Both the position numbers and the translations under genes were made by a program. Shown here piece after piece: positions 59,623 to 64,000 of a stretch of 64,000 nucleotides of DNA. Position 1 is the stretch's first letter, and each line of letters opens with the position of its first letter. Below the pieces are notes generated by a model. The model saw only the letters and a list, made by a program, of their open reading frames with translations. It made no database searches and was not told the origin of the DNA. Source of the DNA: Candidatus Cloacimonadota bacterium (GTDB taxonomy: Bacteria; Cloacimonadota; Cloacimonadia; G963667145); assembly GCA_963676615.1 (NCBI GenBank), contig OY781092.1:1408001-1472000 (forward strand), in the 5' to 3' direction.

Positions 59623-60576
59623 ATGAAAAACATAACAACTCAGGAGCTTTTTGAGATTCTAGAAAAAGAGAACATTTTTAGCAAAGTTACAGACGAAAAA
59701 ACTTTTTCTACCGTCATCACAAACCCTTATATCACTCGTCCGGGGCTCCCCCTGTCTGGATATTTCGAGAGATTTTCCTACGACAGAGTGCAGGTGTTTG
59801 GCGACCCCGAAATTGGCTATATCCAAAGCTCGTCCCAAGACGAAATCTACGAAAAAATCAAGCGGATGTTCACCTACAGCATCCCTTGTCTTTTTTTTAG
59901 CAAAGGCAACACCGTTCCGCAATTCATCACCATTTTGGCAAACGAATCCAACATCCCGATAATCCAAACGCCCATTTCCACAGACAACCTAATCAAACTC
60001 ATCTCACAAAAACTGGACGAAGTATTTTGCCCGCGCGCCACCGAACACTCAACATTTATGGACATCTACGGCGCAGGCGTGCTGATTATAGGCAAAAGCG
60101 GCGTCGGCAAAAGCGAAAGCGCGCTAGATTTAATAGAGCGGGGACACCGCCTTGTTTGCGACGACTCCACCAGCATCACCAAACTATCAAACGGCAACCT
60201 CGAGGGCACAGCCTCCAGAGAATCTGGATCTTTTATGGAAATCCGCGGCATCGGCATCGTTGACATCCAAAAAATGTTCGGCATCCAAGCCATCCGCAAA
60301 AAAAAAGAGCTAGATATGATTATCGAGCTTATCCCCTACAACGCCAACCGCAACTACGACAGCATCAACGCCGAACGGCTGGACAACCAAAAATTCAAAG
60401 ATATTTTACAAACGCCCATTCCGCTCTTTCAACTTCCTGTCTCGCCGGGCAAAAATATGTCGATTTTAATCGAAACCGCCGTCCTCAACTTCCTGTCTAA
60501 CTCTTTTGGCTACGACGCCGCAAAAACTTACATCGACAAACAAAAAAAAACCGTCGGTAAAAAGGACAATTTATGA
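59623..60576 (+). CDS. hprK: HPr kinase/phosphorylase
   Basis: RPGLPLSG, GVLIIGKSGVGKSESALDLIERGHRLVCDD, MEIRGIGI, PVSPGKN. Confidence 0.95.
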   Translation: MKNITTQELFEILEKENIFSKVTDEKTFSTVITNPYITRPGLPLSGYFERFSYDRVQVFGDPEIGYIQSSSQDEIYEKIKRMFTYSIPCLFFSKGNTVPQFITILANESNIPIIQTPISTDNLIKLISQKLDEVFCPRATEHSTFMDIYGAGVLIIGKSGVGKSESALDLIERGHRLVCDDSTSITKLSNGNLEGTASRESGSFMEIRGIGIVDIQKMFGIQAIRKKKELDMIIELIPYNANRNYDSINAERLDNQKFKDILQTPIPLFQLPVSPGKNMSILIETAVLNFLSNSFGYDAAKTYIDKQKKTVGKKDNL

Positions 60577-60842
60577 TCAGTGCAAACACAACCGTCCAGC
60601 TAAACTCTGGCATCCACGCAAGACCTGCGCAACTCATCGTCCAAACCGCCGAAGAGTTCAGTAGCGAAATTTTTTTGGAAAAAACAAAAGAAAACTTCAA
60701 AGCCAACGCCAAAAGCATCTTCAATGTGATGGCAATGGCGGGCGAATGCGGCGACCAAATCAAAATTTCCGCCGACGGCGACGACGAAGACGAAGCGCTA
60801 GAGGCGATGCTCGAGCTATTTGACAACAACTTTGAGCTATGA
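60573..60842 (+). CDS. ptsH: Phosphocarrier protein HPr
   Basis: GIHARPA (His15), NAKSIFNVM (Ser46). Confidence 0.95.
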   Translation: MISANTTVQLNSGIHARPAQLIVQTAEEFSSEIFLEKTKENFKANAKSIFNVMAMAGECGDQIKISADGDDEDEALEAMLELFDNNFEL

Positions 60843-62473
60843 CAAGAACCCTCATAAAAAGCGCAGGACAAACCCTGGCTGGCTGTTGCGCCATCGGCAA
60901 AATTCACAAAATAAACCAATCGCAAGAGTTTAACGCAAAAAAAAATATCGACAAACAAGAAATCGAAAAAGAGCTAAAAAAGTTTGAAGATTCGATAACC
61001 AAAGCCAATCAGGACATCGACAAAACCCTTTTACACCTTGCCGACAGCGACGACGAGAATTTTCACAAAATCATAAAAGTTCACAAATCGATTTTGAACG
61101 ACCCCGAAATTAAAAAAGACATCGCCCAGCTGATTCAGACCAAACTGCACTCGATGGAGACGGCTATCAACAAAAAATTTTTGGAAATCGAAGAAAAATT
61201 CACCTCCATAAAAAACCCTTATCTCAAAGAAAGAATTAAAGATTATAAATTCGTAAAAGACTCACTCATCAGCAAATCAAACCTTTTTGACCTAAAAAAA
61301 ATCTCCGAGCCGACCATATTGGTAATCGAAGAAATCTCCCCCGGGCAAGTGATAAATTTTCACAAAAATAAAAACCTTGTCGGGATTTGTCTAAAACACG
61401 GCAGCAGGACATCGCACGCATCTATCATCCTCAAATCTCTAAACTTAACCTCGATAATCCAGCTCGAAAAAAACTATCAGTTCCTAGAAGAAGGCGCGCA
61501 AATCGTCCTTAACGCAATCGAAAATTACATCATCCTCAATCCAAACAAAGACGATTTGCAAAAATGCGAAAAAGAGATCGAAGCCGAAAAAATCAAAGAG
61601 GCAGAACTACGAAAATTGATCGATAAACCGTCGTTCACCAAAAGCAAAAAACGCATCAAGATAAGAGCCAATATCGACTTTGAAGAAGAAGTGCAAGTCG
61701 CCCAAAAAAACGGCGCACACGGCGTCGGACTCCTTCGCACCGAAATGTTTTATATCGAAAAAAACAGCCTGCCCTCGGTCAAAGAGCAGTTCCAATACTA
61801 CAAAAAAATCGTCAGCCAATTCCAAAACAGTGTCATCATCCGAACGCTCGATTTTGGCGGCGACAAAAGCTTTGGCGCAATCGATTCTGTCAAAGAAGAA
61901 AACCCAAACCTCGGAATGCGCGGCATCAGATTCTCGCTCAAAAATCGCGAAATTTTCGCAACGCAACTAGAGGCGATACTAATGGCATCCGCTTTCGGAA
62001 AAATCAAAATTCTTTTGCCGATGGTCTCCAAAGTTCAAGAGGTTACCGAAAGCAAAAAAATCTTGGAAAGTTGCAAAAAAAAATTGGACAAAGAAAATCT
62101 GCCCTACGACAAAAACATCAAAATCGGCATTATGATTGAAATCCCGTCAGTCGTTTTTTTGATAGAAGAGTTTGCCGAAGTTTGCGATTTTTTTAGCATC
62201 GGCACAAACGACCTAACCCAATACACCCTTGCCGTTGACCGCAATAATCAGCAAGTTAAAGAACATTACGACGAATGCGACCCAGCCGTTTTTTGCGCAC
62301 TAAAAACCGTTTTAAAAGTCGCCAAACAAAAAAATATTCCAACCTCACTATGCGGCGAGATTGCCTCAAATCCTGAAAAAATTGATAAATTTTTAGATTT
62401 AGGTGTTGACGAACTTAGCGTAAATACAAGTTCAATATTAACTATCAAAAAAAAGGTTATAAATCACAAATGA
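60839..62473 (+). CDS. ptsI: PTS enzyme I
   Basis: GSRTSHASI, GVGLLRTE, IRTLDFGGDK, EENPNLGMRGIR, SIGTNDLTQY, LCGE. Confidence 0.95.
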   Translation: MTRTLIKSAGQTLAGCCAIGKIHKINQSQEFNAKKNIDKQEIEKELKKFEDSITKANQDIDKTLLHLADSDDENFHKIIKVHKSILNDPEIKKDIAQLIQTKLHSMETAINKKFLEIEEKFTSIKNPYLKERIKDYKFVKDSLISKSNLFDLKKISEPTILVIEEISPGQVINFHKNKNLVGICLKHGSRTSHASIILKSLNLTSIIQLEKNYQFLEEGAQIVLNAIENYIILNPNKDDLQKCEKEIEAEKIKEAELRKLIDKPSFTKSKKRIKIRANIDFEEEVQVAQKNGAHGVGLLRTEMFYIEKNSLPSVKEQFQYYKKIVSQFQNSVIIRTLDFGGDKSFGAIDSVKEENPNLGMRGIRFSLKNREIFATQLEAILMASAFGKIKILLPMVSKVQEVTESKKILESCKKKLDKENLPYDKNIKIGIMIEIPSVVFLIEEFAEVCDFFSIGTNDLTQYTLAVDRNNQQVKEHYDECDPAVFCALKTVLKVAKQKNIPTSLCGEIASNPEKIDKFLDLGVDELSVNTSSILTIKKKVINHK

Positions 62474-62721
62474 TAATAAATATAGCGATCAAAATCCTTA
62501 ATATCTACTCGCTTCTGATAATCGTGCGGGCGCTCTACTCCTGGATAAATCTCGCCCAGGGGCGCAGCCGACTCTACTACTACCTGTGTCTGCTCACAGA
62601 GCCCGTCCTAGGCAGATTTCGCTTCATCTCGCAAAGACTCAACCTACCTATTGATCTCTCGCCCGTTATCGCCATTTTACTCATAAATTTTATAAAAAAC
62701 GCATTGATATATTATGTCTAA
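62470..62721 (+). CDS. yggT: YggT family membrane protein
   Basis: YSLLIIVRALYSW, LTEPVLGRFR, IDLSPVIAILL. Confidence 0.88.
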   Translation: MIINIAIKILNIYSLLIIVRALYSWINLAQGRSRLYYYLCLLTEPVLGRFRFISQRLNLPIDLSPVIAILLINFIKNALIYYV

Positions 62722-63199
62722 AACAAAAATAATCGGAATTCCCGTCGTTTTTATCCTCGTCGGTCTAGACCAGCTGAGCAAATACATAGCTTTGGCATTT
62801 TTCGAAAAATTCGGCTACTTTTCTTATCCAATAATCGGAAATTACCTAAAGTTCACTTTTGCCAAAAACTACGGAGCCGCATTCTCTTTCAGATTTTTCC
62901 AAAATCCGCAAATTAGTAACTACTCTTTCCTTATTTTAACTTTTGTGGCGCTAATTTTCATCATCTATTTAATAAAAAAAAGCGACAAAAAACTGGATAT
63001 AATCGCCTATTATCTCATCGTTGCGGGAGCTCTTGGCAACCTCATCGACAGAGTTTGGCACGGCTTTGTTATCGACTTTATCGACTGCGACTTTCCCGAC
63101 ATTATAATGCAAAGATGGCCTGTTTTTAACCTCGCCGACTCCTATATCTGCATAGCCATAGGGCTCTTCCTTCTTCAAACACTTAAGGCAAAAAAATGA
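62714..63199 (+). CDS. lspA: Lipoprotein signal peptidase II
   Basis: DQLSK, NYGAAFS, GALGNLIDR, VIDFI, FNLAD. Confidence 0.95.
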   Translation: MSKTKIIGIPVVFILVGLDQLSKYIALAFFEKFGYFSYPIIGNYLKFTFAKNYGAAFSFRFFQNPQISNYSFLILTFVALIFIIYLIKKSDKKLDIIAYYLIVAGALGNLIDRVWHGFVIDFIDCDFPDIIMQRWPVFNLADSYICIAIGLFLLQTLKAKK

Positions 63200-63477
63200 A
63201 AAAAAAAACAACAGACAACACAACCTCAAACACCAAACTCGACATCGCTCAATTTGTTATCAAACAAGCGTTTTCGGCATTTTTAAACACACAAAACAGC
63301 AAATCAACTTTGGAAAAATATCAAATAAAATTAGATTTTGAAAAAAAAATATTAGCCTTGGAAAAAAAGATAAACGGACTAAATTACAAACTCAATTCCC
63401 TAAAAAATAAATTCGTTTTCATAATCGTAATTAACTTAATTATAATACTTTACCTTCTGGGCACAATAATTAAATGA
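63196..63477 (+). CDS. Small hypothetical protein (coiled coil + C-terminal TM helix)
   Basis: Overlaps the lspA stop (ATGA) and ends 8 nt before dnaA; hydrophobic C-terminus. Confidence 0.6.
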   Translation: MKKKTTDNTTSNTKLDIAQFVIKQAFSAFLNTQNSKSTLEKYQIKLDFEKKILALEKKINGLNYKLNSLKNKFVFIIVINLIIILYLLGTIIK

Positions 63478-63485
63478 GGTATTAG

Positions 63486-64000
63486 ATGAATCACTTAGAT
63501 CAAGATATTTGGGATAATATTTTAAATTCATTAGAAGAAAACATCAGCGAAAAAAGCTTTAACACTTTCTTTAAATCGACAAAACTTATCGAACTATTTG
63601 ACAATAAGTTAGCTATCGAAGTCGAAACAGAATTTGCCTCTTCTTTCCTCAACAAAAACTACGCAAAAATGCTCGAAGATATAGCCTTGCAGCTCTACGG
63701 AAAAAAATACGCCATCAAATTTTACGGAAAAAACAGAGACCTGGTAAAATCGCCCGAAAACGACTCGTCGCCAAAAAACGAAGCCTTAAAAATCAGCCTA
63801 AACGACCGATTTACTTTCGACCAGTTCGTCGTCGGCAAAAACAACAATTTCGCCTACTCTGCAGGATATGGCGTTGCCGAGCATCCCGGAACAAAATACA
63901 ATCCACTCTTCATCTATGGCAACTCCGGAATGGGCAAAACGCACCTTATGCAAGCCATCGGACACTATATACTCAACAGCTCCATCAAGAAAAAAGTGGT
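63486..64000 (+). CDS. dnaA: Chromosomal replication initiator DnaA (partial, runs off window; not in ORF track)
   Basis: MNHLDQDIWDNILNSL...LNDRFTFDQFVVGKNNNFAY...YNPLFIYGNSGMGKTHLMQAIGH. Confidence 0.95.
   Translation, partial: MNHLDQDIWDNILNSLEENISEKSFNTFFKSTKLIELFDNKLAIEVETEFASSFLNKNYAKMLEDIALQLYGKKYAIKFYGKNRDLVKSPENDSSPKNEALKISLNDRFTFDQFVVGKNNNFAYSAGYGVAEHPGTKYNPLFIYGNSGMGKTHLMQAIGHYILNSSIKKKV

Noticed and set aside
1..64000. CRISPR arrays, tRNA or rRNA genes
   Set aside because: No regularly spaced repeats or RNA-gene signatures seen by eye; intergenic space is small. tRNAscan/Infernal were not run.

Overview
Chromosomal, probably origin-proximal, window from an AT-rich diderm anaerobe (LolA, LspA, [FeFe]-hydrogenase maturases HydE/F/G; lineage not determinable from this alone). 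The left third (<1-22070) is one giant minus-strand gene absent from the ORF track because its stop lies outside the window. It encodes a lipoprotein of at least 7,356 codons with roughly 70 divergent tandem fibronectin-III-like repeats, dense D-(S/T)-hydrophobic motifs and an apparent ATC start codon. The rest is mostly housekeeping: aminotransferase, orphan trpB, GntR/FadR regulator, hydEF, frameshifted xseA, ispD, HtrA-like protein, groES, sdaA, metG, MarR plus two MATEs, rnhB, hydG, fusA paralog, lolA, ftsK, ychF, and hpf-hprK-ptsH-ptsI-yggT-lspA-orf-dnaA. Single defence/TA-type genes are interspersed (DUF1016, NYN, AbiF, HEPN-MNT). Unannotated signals: a Trp-Trp leader peptide before trpB, an HtrA lacking all three catalytic residues, an exact 63-bp promoter+RBS duplication flanking DUF1016, two collapsed gene remnants, an abiF-type upstream RNA hairpin, parS-like sites, and promoter candidates with a strong TTGAC(A/T) but no canonical -10. 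All calls are by-eye motif recognition; no searches were run.
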